Source of the DNA: Candidatus Moraniibacteriota bacterium
GTDB lineage: Bacteria > Patescibacteriota > Minisyncoccia > Moranbacterales > GWC2-37-73
NCBI GenBank assembly: GCA_035390125.1
Contig: DAOOTD010000001.1
Span: 31,619 to 95,618 of the forward strand
Length of the DNA stretch: 64,000 nucleotides
Direction of reading: 5' to 3'
Shown here: positions 49,473-60,109 of the stretch, piece by piece
How positions within the stretch are numbered: the first letter of the stretch is position 1
Layout: every line of letters begins with the position of its first letter
The notes under the pieces: model-generated
Databases searched by the model: none
What the model was told of the DNA's origin: nothing
Seen by the model: only the letters and a program-made list of their open reading frames with translations
Position numbers and translations under genes: made by a program

Positions 49473-49778
49473 ATGCAATACGCAGAATTCGTTCTTAAAA
49501 TTTTATCCTTGGGCATGCTGGTTTTTTCAATAATTTTTACTTTAGGAATTATTTGGAGAGCGGAAATGAAACTGGACACGGTATACAAAATATTTTTTGT
49601 GGCTCTTGTGTTTTTATTTATATCGCAGGGAATGGAGCTATTTGTAAAAAATGAAATATTTTCCTTTGTGGGTCAGATATTTAATTCTCTTTTTTTCTTA
49701 GTTATGCTTGCTAGCATATGGATGACTAGAGATTTATTTAAAAAAATTGATGAAGAAAAAAAGAAGTCCAGTAATTAA
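49473..49778 (+). CDS. Small membrane protein
   Basis: 101 aa with three hydrophobic segments. Confidence 0.4.
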   Translation: MQYAEFVLKILSLGMLVFSIIFTLGIIWRAEMKLDTVYKIFFVALVFLFISQGMELFVKNEIFSFVGQIFNSLFFLVMLASIWMTRDLFKKIDEEKKKSSN

Positions 49779-49823
49779 CAACATGAAACTATAATAAAAT
49801 ATTAACAAATAACAAAAATAAAC

Positions 49824-50759
49824 ATGAGCATATTTTCAATAATATTAATAGTCGGAGGGCTATGCTTGTTTGAAATAATATGCAGTATCGATAATGCTGT
49901 AATTAATGCTGAAGTCTTGTCCACAATGAGCAAAAAGGCGCGAAAGTGGTTTTTATTGTGGGGGCTACTATTCGCAGTTGTAGTTGTGCGCGGTCTTCTG
50001 CCGTGGGCAATAGTTTGGGCAACTAATCCATCATTAGGCATGTTCGGTTCTCTGACTGCTACCTTTAGCAATGATCCTAGAGTTCTTGAGGCTATCGAAA
50101 CGTCTGCGCCGATACTTTTATCTGGTGGCGGAACATTTTTAGTTTTTTTATTTTTTCACTGGCTTTTTATAGAACCGAAGAATTATGGACTTAAAGGAGA
50201 AAGATTTTTTCATTCAAAAGGAGTTTGGTTTTATGCAGTCGTTTCAATTTTACTTGCCATTCTTGTCTGGCTAGCCCTAAAGGTCAATCCTATGATGGCT
50301 TTTGGAGTTGTTATGGGTTCAACTGCATTTTTTATCACGCATGGATTTAAACAAAATGCCGAACAACAGGAGAAAGAGTTATTGGGGAATAGTGGCAAGC
50401 AAGGATTGTCGGATATAAGCAAGATTTTATATTTGGAGGTGATTGATACCACTTTTTCTATTGATGGAGTATTAGGAGCCTTTGCTTTTACCCTTTCAGT
50501 TCCGCTTATTGTTTTAGGAAACGGTCTGGGTGCTTTAGTGCTAAGACAAATTACGGTTGGAAATATAGATAGAATTAAAAAATATGTTTATCTTAAAAAT
50601 GGAGCTATGTATTCCGTTTTGTGCTTAGGGATTATTATGCTTTTAGATAGTTTCGGTTTCCATATTCCAAGCTGGCTTGCCCCTGCACTTACTTTTATTG
50701 TAGTGGGCTATTTTTTCTTAAAATCAAAAGCGGAATTGGATAAAAATATAAGTAAATAA
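49824..50759 (+). CDS. TerC/DUF475-family integral membrane protein
   Basis: FEIICSIDNAVINA (TerC-family S/DN motif). Multi-TM. Confidence 0.7.
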   Translation: MSIFSIILIVGGLCLFEIICSIDNAVINAEVLSTMSKKARKWFLLWGLLFAVVVVRGLLPWAIVWATNPSLGMFGSLTATFSNDPRVLEAIETSAPILLSGGGTFLVFLFFHWLFIEPKNYGLKGERFFHSKGVWFYAVVSILLAILVWLALKVNPMMAFGVVMGSTAFFITHGFKQNAEQQEKELLGNSGKQGLSDISKILYLEVIDTTFSIDGVLGAFAFTLSVPLIVLGNGLGALVLRQITVGNIDRIKKYVYLKNGAMYSVLCLGIIMLLDSFGFHIPSWLAPALTFIVVGYFFLKSKAELDKNISK

Positions 50760-50782
50760 TAATTAAATAATTAATAAAAAAT

Positions 50783-51181
50783 ATGAAAGGATTTTGCGCC
50801 AACATTGAAAAAGACACTTTGGAAAACGAAAATTTTCGCAAAGTGCTTTATACTGGCAAACACAGCCAGCTGGTTCTTATGAACCTTAAGCCAAAAGAGG
50901 AAATCGGCATGGAAGTCCATGAAGAAAATGACCAATTTTTCCGATTTGAAAAAGGAGAAGGGAAATGCATCATTGATGGCAATGAATATGACTTGAAAGA
51001 TGGTGTCGCGATTGTTGTGCCTGCCGGTGCACAGCACAATATTATAAATACCTCTGAGGTTGAAGAATTGAAGCTTTACACAATTTATTCTCCTGCCCAT
51101 CACAAAGATGGTATCCTCAGGTCAACCAAGGAAGAAGCTGAAGCTAATGAGGCTGAATTTGACGGTCAGACAAGCGAGTAG
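50783..51181 (+). CDS. Cupin-domain protein
   Basis: Two-His/Glu cupin motifs (GMEVHEENDQFFR...PAGAQHNI). Confidence 0.65.
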   Translation: MKGFCANIEKDTLENENFRKVLYTGKHSQLVLMNLKPKEEIGMEVHEENDQFFRFEKGEGKCIIDGNEYDLKDGVAIVVPAGAQHNIINTSEVEELKLYTIYSPAHHKDGILRSTKEEAEANEAEFDGQTSE

Positions 51182-51212
51182 TTTTTCTGTGATATTTTTG
51201 ACAATCTTAAAT

Positions 51213-51242
51213 AAAAATAGCCTCAAGAGGCTATTTTTATTA
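51213..51242. terminator. Bidirectional terminator hairpin (aaaatagcctc...gaggctatttt) between convergent genes
   Basis: Inverted repeat flanked by A-run and T-run. Confidence 0.55.
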
Positions 51243-51260
51243 TTTTTTAATGAAGATTTT

Positions 51261-51734
51261 TTATTCTTTATTTTCTTTTGGACGGATAAATTTTATATAT
51301 CCGAGAATAAGGGCGATAATCAATCCTATGGTCACGATTATAAATCTGAATTTGGAATTTTCACTCATTAGACCCCTGATTATGCTGTAAGCGGTGGTGA
51401 AAACTCCTCCCAAAAGAATCCCGTCAGCAATCATTTTGATTTTGGCAAAAAATGTCAAGCTGACAATCATAATCAAAATGGCAAAAACTAATGAAGCTAT
51501 AGAAACATTGCGATTATAAGCCTTTGATTTTTCGTTGAAACTCTTCATATCCTGATCGAATTTCTCCTGTTCTGCTTTTAAATCAGCATATTCTCCGCAA
51601 TCAGTTTTTTGCAGATTTAACTCAGATGGATAATCAGGGGCCTGCGGTCCTTCATAAAAAGCGTCAATGCCTAAGCCTACGAATAGGGCGACAAGCAAGC
51701 CTAAAAAAAATGTATAAAATAATTTTAATATCAT
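51261..51734 (-). CDS. Hypothetical membrane protein
   Basis: 157 aa with three TM-like segments. Confidence 0.45.
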   Translation of the reverse strand: MILKLFYTFFLGLLVALFVGLGIDAFYEGPQAPDYPSELNLQKTDCGEYADLKAEQEKFDQDMKSFNEKSKAYNRNVSIASLVFAILIMIVSLTFFAKIKMIADGILLGGVFTTAYSIIRGLMSENSKFRFIIVTIGLIIALILGYIKFIRPKENKE

Positions 51735-51813
51735 ATAAATTTTCTATTTATTAATGCTTATATTACAATTATATCATAGATATATTCTTAAGGTAAGCAT
51801 TGTATTATATAGT

Positions 51814-51953
51814 GAAACCACCTCTGGGGAGACAAGCAAAAGCTTAAAATGCCCAAGCTGGTAATTTTTCGAAGAGGGGGAAATTATCAGCGAAAGCGAT
51901 GGTCGCTAGATAAAGCAGACACAAAATAATTGTTTCAGAGATGAGGTGGTTTT
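51814..51953 (+). ncRNA. Candidate structured RNA of unknown class, closed by a 10-bp helix (aaaccacctc ... gaggtggttt)
   Basis: ORF-free 400-nt gap. Perfect 10-bp long-range complementarity enclosing ~115 nt with internal hairpins (agcga-aagcgatgg-tcgct). Preceded by a TATA-rich -10-like sequence and followed by TTTTT. Strand uncertain. Confidence 0.3.
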
Positions 51954-52130
51954 TAGAAGGAAAAAAATAAAGGATTTGTAAGTTTATATAAATCTTGAAA
52001 AAAGGTTTTTTTATTGTCTAAAGTAGTTAAATATAGTAAAATTATAATGTTGTTAATAAAAAAATACGAAAATTATAAAGCCCTGTTTTTTTATAGTATA
52101 ATCTAATAAGTAAATATTAAAACATAAAAT

Positions 52131-53099
52131 ATGAACAAATTTTTAAAAATCGGAGGAATTTTGCTGGGTATATTGATAGTTCTTTTTGTAGCCGCCATTG
52201 TTTTAAGGGCTTCAAAAAGCATTCTTTCTGGATCCAGTTCTTTCTCAAATGAAACAAGCAGGAGCTCGGCGTTAGGTCTTCCTAGTGCAAAATTAGGTTT
52301 TTCCAATCAATCGCCAGCAGCAAGTATGAAAAATAGCAGTTCGCCATCTTCTTACTCCATTCCATCCGAATCTTCTTATGATGCTGTAGAATCCGGAGAT
52401 TTTTTGCAGGCAGATAAAAAGATTATAAAAAATGGCGACCTTGAATTAAAAGTCAAAAGTGCTGAAGAAACTGCAGAAAAAATTTCAGAAATTGCCAAAG
52501 ACAATGGCGGAGAAATATTCTCTTCTAATTTTTATCAAAGTGCGAAGAGCATAAAGAGCGGAACGATAACAATCAAGGTGCCGGTAGCTAATTTTGAAAA
52601 AACTTTTTCTGAGATTAAAAAAGTATCCTCTTTGGTTATACGCGAGTCGATTTCAGGCCAAGATGTTACGGAACAATATGTCGATCTTAAGGCACAGCTT
52701 ACGAACCGCCAGGCTGAAGAACAGTCTTATATAAAGATTCTTGGTCAGGCTCAAAAAATAGACGATGTTTTGGCTGTCACGCAACAGTTATCCAGAGTCA
52801 GAGGAACCATAGAGCAGATTCAGGGTAAAATCAAATATCTTGACTCGCAGACTGATATGTCCACAATCTCGGCTAATCTTACCGAGGATGAAAATATAAC
52901 AATTGCTGATTCATGGAGGCCATGGCAGGTTGTCAAAGAATCTTTCAATTCCCTGATAAAAGTAATGCAGGGTCTGGTTGATTTTGTCATTAGGTTGATT
53001 ATAGTTGTTGTTCCATTCCTGCTTGTCTGGGTACTGATTATCTGGGGGATCTACAGGGTAGGCAAGAAAATTTATTTAAAAATAAAAAACAGAAATTAA
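52131..53099 (+). CDS. Membrane-anchored protein, possibly DUF4349-like
   Basis: N- and C-terminal TM helices. Coiled-coil central region. The family call rests on weak recollection only. Confidence 0.4.
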   Translation: MNKFLKIGGILLGILIVLFVAAIVLRASKSILSGSSSFSNETSRSSALGLPSAKLGFSNQSPAASMKNSSSPSSYSIPSESSYDAVESGDFLQADKKIIKNGDLELKVKSAEETAEKISEIAKDNGGEIFSSNFYQSAKSIKSGTITIKVPVANFEKTFSEIKKVSSLVIRESISGQDVTEQYVDLKAQLTNRQAEEQSYIKILGQAQKIDDVLAVTQQLSRVRGTIEQIQGKIKYLDSQTDMSTISANLTEDENITIADSWRPWQVVKESFNSLIKVMQGLVDFVIRLIIVVVPFLLVWVLIIWGIYRVGKKIYLKIKNRN

Positions 53100-53126
53100 A
53101 AGAAAAAAGCACAATATCCAAAATAA

Positions 53127-53861
53127 ATGCTAAATATTACTTCCAAAATAATACTTTTTATTGGGCTTATTCTGATGCCATCAAGTTTGGCATGGGCCGA
53201 TGCATGGTGGGGTCATGGCTCCAAATCATTTGATTGGATATTAAAAAATGGAGGAACAATAATAAGGTGGCAGATAGAAGATATTTCCAAAGAAGCGGAT
53301 AACTGGAAAGCTGTTATGTTTGACAGTAAGGGAAAATATGTGGAAGTCGAATATGGCCAAAAGGGAGTTTTTGATGATGCTAAAAATGGAGTTTATACCA
53401 TAAAAGCTTATAAAGGCATAAAAGATCATGAAACTCACAAGGGAGGAAAGCTTTTTGCTTCAATTACGGTTACAGCGCATCCAGGAGAAACAATTAATAT
53501 TAAATTTAATTATAAGAATGAAACTGCCAGAATGACTACAAATTATGTCAGGCGTGTCGCAAAAAAAACTCCACCTCCAAAGCCGGCTGTTGCAAGTAAA
53601 ATCGAAAATGTTCCAGATTCTTGCATAGATTCTAATAATATAAATAAAATTGCTCCAATTTTTAAATTATGCCCAATGATTGATAATCAAGCCGCTTCGG
53701 TTTTTAAGCTAGATCCGATGATTGACGATCAAGCTGCTTCAACCTTAGTTTATTCAGAAAATTCAAGCGTTGAAGATACAGATATAGAAGAAACTATAAA
53801 TAAATCTAACGCAGAAATCTTAGTTGAAAATTTTTTAAAAATATTTTCAAATATTTTTTAG
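53127..53861 (+). CDS. Hypothetical secreted protein
   Basis: Signal-peptide-like N-terminus. Internal tandem CPMIDNQAAS/DPMIDDQAAS repeat. Confidence 0.45.
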   Translation: MLNITSKIILFIGLILMPSSLAWADAWWGHGSKSFDWILKNGGTIIRWQIEDISKEADNWKAVMFDSKGKYVEVEYGQKGVFDDAKNGVYTIKAYKGIKDHETHKGGKLFASITVTAHPGETINIKFNYKNETARMTTNYVRRVAKKTPPPKPAVASKIENVPDSCIDSNNINKIAPIFKLCPMIDNQAASVFKLDPMIDDQAASTLVYSENSSVEDTDIEETINKSNAEILVENFLKIFSNIF

Positions 53862-53879
53862 GGATAAAATATAAAAGCT

Positions 53880-54821
53880 ATGAAATTGATATCAATAATT
53901 GTTCCGGCATATAATGAAGAAAAAAATATCCCGCTTATATATGCAAGATTGAAAGATATATTCATAAATCTGAAAAATAATTATGTTTTTGAGATTATTT
54001 TTATCAATGACGGAAGTACCGATAAGACCATGCAAGAAATCGAAAAATTAGCTGATTCTGACGCTCAGGTAAAATATATAGATTTTTCCAGGAATTTTGG
54101 CAAGGAAATAGCAACAACAGCCGCTCTTAATAATTGCCAAGGAGATGCTGGCATAATGGTTGATGCCGATTTGCAACATCCAGTCGAGATGATACCTGAA
54201 TTTATAAATAAATGGGAGAGCGGGTTTGAGGTTGTTGTTGGAGTCAGAAAAACAAACAAGAACGCCGGATTCTTAAAAAGATTCGGGTCTAAGATTTTTT
54301 ATATTATTATAAATAAGATATCTGAAGTTGAGATAACTCCAAACGCAACAGATTTCAGACTAATCGATAAAGAAGTGATAAGACAGTTTAACCGTTTTAC
54401 CGAAAGCAAAAGAATGACCAGAGCCCTGATTGACTGGCTTGGTTTTAAAAGGGGATATATTTATTTTGACGCAAACAAAAGAATAAACGGAGATGCCAGC
54501 TATAGTTTCTGGAAACTTTTTAAATTAGCATTAAACAGTTTTGTATCGCTCAGTTTATTGCCGCTAAAATTGGCAGGATTTTTGGGTATGGCAATCACCC
54601 TAATTTCGGGAGTAGCGGGACTTTATATTATGCTTGGAAAATATTTTTTTCACACGCCTTTTGCATCAACATTTTCTGACTCAGAAAACCTTGCAATTCT
54701 CATTCTCTTTCTGGTGGGTATAATACTGATATCTATAGGTCTCCTGGCTTTTTATATAGCCAATATACATAGTGAGGTTATAAAAAGGCCTATGTATATA
54801 ACTAGAAGCAAAAAAATTTAG
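53880..54821 (+). CDS. GT2 polyprenol-phosphate glycosyltransferase (DPM1/ArnC-like)
   Basis: ISIIVPAYNEE...FINDGSTDKT...DAD. Two C-terminal TM helices. Confidence 0.85.
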   Translation: MKLISIIVPAYNEEKNIPLIYARLKDIFINLKNNYVFEIIFINDGSTDKTMQEIEKLADSDAQVKYIDFSRNFGKEIATTAALNNCQGDAGIMVDADLQHPVEMIPEFINKWESGFEVVVGVRKTNKNAGFLKRFGSKIFYIIINKISEVEITPNATDFRLIDKEVIRQFNRFTESKRMTRALIDWLGFKRGYIYFDANKRINGDASYSFWKLFKLALNSFVSLSLLPLKLAGFLGMAITLISGVAGLYIMLGKYFFHTPFASTFSDSENLAILILFLVGIILISIGLLAFYIANIHSEVIKRPMYITRSKKI

Positions 54822-54933
54822 CAATATTTGAAATATTATTTTACTTTATTATAAATAAATGGTATAATATAAATAAGATTTTATATGGTTCGCCTTTCAA
54901 CCTTTATATTCAAAATTAAAAAATAATATAAAA

Positions 54934-55422
54934 ATGTATAAAAAAAATATAAGTGAATTAGTTATAATAATTATTTTGTTAGCTTTAATGGTAATAGGCG
55001 GTTTTTATTGGATTTACAGCAAAAAGAATGTTCCGAATAATTATCAAGTGCCAGTAGTTTCAGAAAAACAAATATCCGCCACGCAAAGTGATGAAAACGA
55101 AAATTTTTGTGAGTCTCACTATTATGAAGGCGAAGGCATGATTCGTGGATGGAAGAACCCATCTGACCAAAATGAAGAAGAAAGCATTGTTATACGCGTA
55201 AAAGATGAGGATATTGAAAAGTTGCCTATAAGAAATGCTAAAAAATCTGAAAACTTTGCAGTGAGACTTATAGATCCCACTCCGCAGGTTAAAAACAATC
55301 TGAATCTTTCCTCCGAAAAAAATCCCGTAGTTATCGCAGTAAAAGGATATGCTGAAATATGCCAACAGGAAATTCCACAGGTAAGCCTCGCAGAAGCAAA
55401 GATTGCCTTTAAAAGAAATTAG
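54934..55422 (+). CDS. Hypothetical membrane-anchored protein
   Basis: 162 aa with N-terminal TM. Confidence 0.4.
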   Translation: MYKKNISELVIIIILLALMVIGGFYWIYSKKNVPNNYQVPVVSEKQISATQSDENENFCESHYYEGEGMIRGWKNPSDQNEEESIVIRVKDEDIEKLPIRNAKKSENFAVRLIDPTPQVKNNLNLSSEKNPVVIAVKGYAEICQQEIPQVSLAEAKIAFKRN

Positions 55423-55574
55423 TTTATCTAGTTTAAATATGAAATTAGGTATGATAAAAAGGATTGATAAGATTCTTTTTATTTTTTTCTCAATAGGGGT
55501 TGCCCACAGGCATTATTTCCTGTATAATTAGACAGTAATTGAGTTTTTTAAATTAAGGCTTAAATTTTAAATAT

Positions 55575-56513
55575 ATGGAAGAAAAACCCTATATTTCAGT
55601 TGTTGTTCCTCTTTACAATGAAGAAGGAAATGTGCGTGAGCTTCATAAGCGTATTGTTGAAGCTTGCGAATCACTTAGCAAACCTTATGAAATTATTTTT
55701 ATTGATGATGGATCAACAGACAAAACGTTCATTGATTGTGAGGGGCTAAAACCGCTAAAATTAATCCGCTTTAGGAAAAATTATGGCCAAACTGCCGGTT
55801 TTGATGCTGGGATAAAAAATGCAAGGGGAGAAATAATAATCACGATGGATGGCGATCTGCAGAATGATCCTAAAGATATAAAAATATTGCTTGAAAAAAT
55901 GAGCGAGGGTTATGACGTTGTTTCGGGATGGCGATGGCAAAGAAAAGATGATTTCATGAAAAAGCTTTCTTCCCGTATGGCAAATATTTTGCGCAAGGTT
56001 TTGGTTGAAGATAATATTCATGATAGCGGTTGTAGCCTAAAAGCTTACAAACGGGAATGTTTTTCAGAGGTTGATCTTTTCGGTGAAATGCACCGTTTTA
56101 TGCCGGCCATACTGCAATTTGACGGATATAAAGTAGGAGAAGTAAAGGTTAATCATTTTCCCAGAATTCACGGGAAAACAAAATATAACTGGAGAAGGGG
56201 GATAAAAGGCATTGTAGATATGGTTTCTATTTGGTTTTGGAGAAAATATTCCAATCGCCCGGTACATTTATTCGGAGGCGGAGGAATGTTTTGCATATTT
56301 GCCGGCTTTGCAATTTTAGCCTGGATGTTAATAGAAAAAATGTTTCTCGGCGCTTCTCTATCGGAAAAAATATGGCCTCTTGTTGGAGTATTCCTGATTA
56401 TGATTGGTATTCAACTATTTATTTTCGGACTTTTGGCTGACATTTTACTTAAAGTATATTACAAAAGTAGAAAATCCATGAATTATTCAATAAAAGAGAT
56501 AATTAATAATTAA
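55575..56513 (+). CDS. GT2 polyprenol-phosphate glycosyltransferase (DPM1/ArnC-like), paralog
   Basis: ISVVVPLYNEE...FIDDGSTDKT...DGDLQND. C-terminal TMs. Confidence 0.85.
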   Translation: MEEKPYISVVVPLYNEEGNVRELHKRIVEACESLSKPYEIIFIDDGSTDKTFIDCEGLKPLKLIRFRKNYGQTAGFDAGIKNARGEIIITMDGDLQNDPKDIKILLEKMSEGYDVVSGWRWQRKDDFMKKLSSRMANILRKVLVEDNIHDSGCSLKAYKRECFSEVDLFGEMHRFMPAILQFDGYKVGEVKVNHFPRIHGKTKYNWRRGIKGIVDMVSIWFWRKYSNRPVHLFGGGGMFCIFAGFAILAWMLIEKMFLGASLSEKIWPLVGVFLIMIGIQLFIFGLLADILLKVYYKSRKSMNYSIKEIINN

Positions 56514-56526
56514 AATTAAATTTTTT

Positions 56527-57834
56527 ATGAAAATTACAGTTATTGGAAGTGGTTATGTCGGCCTTGTTTCTGGAACTTGCTTTGCATCTTTTGGCCACGA
56601 AGTATTTTGTGTTGATAAAGATGAACAAAAAATTGAAAACTTAAAAAAAGGCATAATTCCGATTTATGAACCAGGTTTAGATGACATGGTTTTGGAGAAT
56701 GTTGAATCTGGAAGATTAAAATTCAGTACAAAGCTCGAAGAATGTGCAGGTGATGCTGATGCAATTTTTATTGCAGTTGGAACTCCAACATCCAGGAGGG
56801 GAGATGGCTATGCAGATCTTACTTACGTTTATGCTGTAGCTAAAGAATTAGCGCCTTTACTTAAAGATTATACTGTAATCGTAGATAAGAGTACCGTACC
56901 GGTTGGTACGGCCAAGGAAGTAAAAAGAATAATCAGAGAAAATAATCCAAAAGCTGATTTTGATGTAGCTTCTAACCCTGAGTTTCTTCGTGAAGGTGCG
57001 GCTATCAGTGATTTCATGAAGCCAGATAGAGTAGTAGTAGGAGTTGAAAGTGAAAAAGCGCAAGAAATTATGAGAGAAATTTATAAGCCTTTATACTTGA
57101 TTGAAACTCCGATTGTTTTCACTAACCTGCAAACAGCCGAGCTTATCAAGTATGCCGCCAATGGATTTTTAGCGACTAAAATAAGTTTTATTAATGAAAT
57201 TGCCAACCTATGCGAAACTATTGGGGCCAATGTTATTGATCTGGCTAAAGGCATAGGGTTGGACAACCGTATCGGAAAAAAATTCTTGCATGCTGGCCCG
57301 GGATATGGCGGTTCATGTTTTCCTAAGGATACTTTAGCACTTTGCAGAATTGCACAGGAACACGGAAGCCCGATACGCATCATTGAAACTGTTATTGAAG
57401 TTAATGCTGCACAGAAAGCCAGAATGGTTGGGAAAATAAGAAAGGCTTTGGGTGGAAGCGAAGCGGGCAAAAAAATTGCTGTTTTAGGTTTAACCTTCAA
57501 ACCAGAAACAGATGATATGCGCGACGCTCCAGCACTTATGATATTGCCAGCACTTAAAGAAAAAGGTGCAGAAATTGTAGCTACTGATCCACATGGAATG
57601 GAAGAAGCCAAAAAAAATATGCCAGAAATAAACTATGTTTCTGATCCATATAAAGCAGTTGAAGATGCTGATTGCCTTGTTCTTATGACTGAATGGAATG
57701 AATATCGTTCATTAGATTTTGAAAAAATAAAACAGCTCATGAAAGGAAGTATCTTTGTAGACCTTAGAAACGTATATGAGCCTGAGCATATAAAGAAATT
57801 GGGGTTCGAATATTATGGCGTCGGACGCAATTAA
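56527..57834 (+). CDS. ugd: UDP-glucose 6-dehydrogenase-family nucleotide-sugar dehydrogenase
   Basis: MKITVIGSGYVGLVSG (NAD Rossmann). Catalytic GGSCFPKD. Confidence 0.88.
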   Translation: MKITVIGSGYVGLVSGTCFASFGHEVFCVDKDEQKIENLKKGIIPIYEPGLDDMVLENVESGRLKFSTKLEECAGDADAIFIAVGTPTSRRGDGYADLTYVYAVAKELAPLLKDYTVIVDKSTVPVGTAKEVKRIIRENNPKADFDVASNPEFLREGAAISDFMKPDRVVVGVESEKAQEIMREIYKPLYLIETPIVFTNLQTAELIKYAANGFLATKISFINEIANLCETIGANVIDLAKGIGLDNRIGKKFLHAGPGYGGSCFPKDTLALCRIAQEHGSPIRIIETVIEVNAAQKARMVGKIRKALGGSEAGKKIAVLGLTFKPETDDMRDAPALMILPALKEKGAEIVATDPHGMEEAKKNMPEINYVSDPYKAVEDADCLVLMTEWNEYRSLDFEKIKQLMKGSIFVDLRNVYEPEHIKKLGFEYYGVGRN

Positions 57835-57858
57835 GAATAAAATTAATCTTATTTAGAA

Positions 57859-59040
57859 ATGAGAATCCTATTTTTCAACTATGAATATCCTCCTTTAGGT
57901 GGGGGTGCAGGGAATGCTTCATTTTATTTGCTAAAGGAATACGCTAAAAATTCGGAAATTAAAGTTGATTTTATCACTTCTTCAATCAACGAAAAACACC
58001 AGATTTTGAAATTAAGTGAAAATATTACTGTTCATAAGCTTCCAATAGGTAAAAATGCTGAAAATATTCACTATCAATCAAAAAAGGAGCTTTTAAAGTA
58101 TGCCTGGGTTTCCTATAAATTCGCAAAAAAGCTGGTAAGGGAGAATAAGTATGATCTTACTCATTCATTTTTTACTGTTCCATGCGGCATAGCATCTTTT
58201 ATTTTAAAGAATAAATTCAAAATTCCTTATATAATTTCACTGCGCGGATCTGATGTTCCGGGATATAGTGAAAGATTCACTATTTTATACAAATTCATCA
58301 CTCCGATCATAAAAAAAATATGGAAAAGTGCCTGCTTTGTTATTGCAAATAGCTGTGGACTGCGGGAGCTTGCACTTAAATCAAAAACAGAAAAAGAAAT
58401 AGGAATTATTTATAACGGCATAGACACAGGTGATTTTTTTCCGGATGCAAATAAAAAAGACGAAAATAAATTCACTATAGTGTGTATCTCCCGTATTACC
58501 AGAAGAAAAGGAATCAAATTTTTGATTCAGGCGGTTGGAAATCTTCTAAAAAAATACAAGAACATAAAGTTATTTATTGTAGGGGATGGGGATGAATGCG
58601 ATTCTCTCAAAAATTTAGTACAAACAATAGGAATTGGATCGGAAGTTACTTTCACTGGGCCTATTTTGCATGAAAATATTTTAGAATATTACCAAAAATC
58701 GAATATTTTTGTATTACCATCGCTTAATGAAGGAATGAGCAATACTATGCTAGAAGCCTTGTCTTGCGGTTTGCCAATAATTGCAACCGATACAGGTGGA
58801 ACTAAGGAATTAGTGCAAAATGAAAAAAATGGTTTTATCGTCAAAATGAAAGATCCAGATGACTTAGCTGAAAAAATTGAAAAAATTATGATCAATAAAA
58901 ATTTGGAAATTCAAATGGGCAATGAAAGCAGAAAATTATCTGAGAAGTTTGATTGGTCGGTTGTTGCTGGAGAATATATTGATTTATACCGTAATGCGAT
59001 TGAATTGAAAAATATTAAAAGTAAAAATAATAATAGTTAA
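57859..59040 (+). CDS. Glycosyltransferase family 4
   Basis: EGMSNTMLEALSCGLPIIATDTGG (GT4 C-terminal motif). Confidence 0.8.
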   Translation: MRILFFNYEYPPLGGGAGNASFYLLKEYAKNSEIKVDFITSSINEKHQILKLSENITVHKLPIGKNAENIHYQSKKELLKYAWVSYKFAKKLVRENKYDLTHSFFTVPCGIASFILKNKFKIPYIISLRGSDVPGYSERFTILYKFITPIIKKIWKSACFVIANSCGLRELALKSKTEKEIGIIYNGIDTGDFFPDANKKDENKFTIVCISRITRRKGIKFLIQAVGNLLKKYKNIKLFIVGDGDECDSLKNLVQTIGIGSEVTFTGPILHENILEYYQKSNIFVLPSLNEGMSNTMLEALSCGLPIIATDTGGTKELVQNEKNGFIVKMKDPDDLAEKIEKIMINKNLEIQMGNESRKLSEKFDWSVVAGEYIDLYRNAIELKNIKSKNNNS

Positions 59041-59065
59041 GAAATAAAAAAGATATTTTTTAAAA

Positions 59066-59998
59066 ATGATAAGTAATAAAAAAATTCTAATAAATTTTCT
59101 GAAAATTCTTATCAGCCTTGTCTTTATAATCTGGATAATCTTGAAAATAGACTGGCAAGAGTCCCTTTCTTATCTCAAAGACATATCAGCTTTGTATATA
59201 ATTTTTTATCTGGTAGTTGTTTTTTTCGGGCTGATAATTTCTTCAATCAAGTGGAAGTGCCTAGCTGAAAGCAAAGGTTTTAAGGAAAAATTATCTACTT
59301 TTTTAAAGCTTTATATAACTGGTGCTTTTATAAATAATTTTGTGCCCTCAACTATAGGAGGAGACATCTTTCGATCCTATCAAATAGGCAAGAAAGACAA
59401 AAGATATCCTGAAGCTACTGCAACTGTTGTTGACGATAGATTGACTGGACTATTGGCACTTTTTTTAATGACTCCCTTTTTTTCGCTTATTAATCTCAGG
59501 GTTATTTCTGAAATACCAACCTTGGTGCTTATAAACATTTTTTTTATTTTTGTCTTGGTGCTGATTCCTTTTCTACCTAAGCTATTAAAATATTTTTTTA
59601 CTGGAAAAGAGATAAAATTTATTCCACAAAAAATGCTTGTTTATATCAAGGAGATCGGAAGCTTTGGTAAAGACAGAAAACTTTTTGCAAAAACAATGAT
59701 ATACTCTGTAATTTTTAATGTTATCGGCGTTGGTTTGGCAAATATTATTTTATTTTGGAGCATAGGAGTTCAGATGAATCCTCTTGATTATTTTTCTGTT
59801 GTTTTCATAATCAGCATTCTTTCATCGATTCCTGCAGGTGTCGGGCTAAAAGAATGGGCCTATATTTTCTTTTTTGGGATGATGGGTATAAATATTTCTG
59901 CTGCAGTCATTGTTGCACTCCTAAATCGTTTTTTTCAAGGTCTTATAAATATAATAGCGCTACCGATTTATTTAAAAAATAAAGAAATTAAAAAATAA
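59066..59998 (+). CDS. Flippase-like membrane protein (UPF0104 / LPG-synthase TM-region family)
   Basis: Multi-TM. GGDIFRSYQIGKK motif typical of the family that is often paired with GT2 enzymes. Confidence 0.6.
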   Translation: MISNKKILINFLKILISLVFIIWIILKIDWQESLSYLKDISALYIIFYLVVVFFGLIISSIKWKCLAESKGFKEKLSTFLKLYITGAFINNFVPSTIGGDIFRSYQIGKKDKRYPEATATVVDDRLTGLLALFLMTPFFSLINLRVISEIPTLVLINIFFIFVLVLIPFLPKLLKYFFTGKEIKFIPQKMLVYIKEIGSFGKDRKLFAKTMIYSVIFNVIGVGLANIILFWSIGVQMNPLDYFSVVFIISILSSIPAGVGLKEWAYIFFFGMMGINISAAVIVALLNRFFQGLINIIALPIYLKNKEIKK

Positions 59999-60109
59999 AC
60001 ATACTTTATAAATATTTTTAAAAACCACTCATAATTAATATGAGTGTTTTTATTTTATTAGCTGCTCCTGAAATCATTTTGAAAGTAAGTGATTTTTTGG
60101 ATTGCTTTT

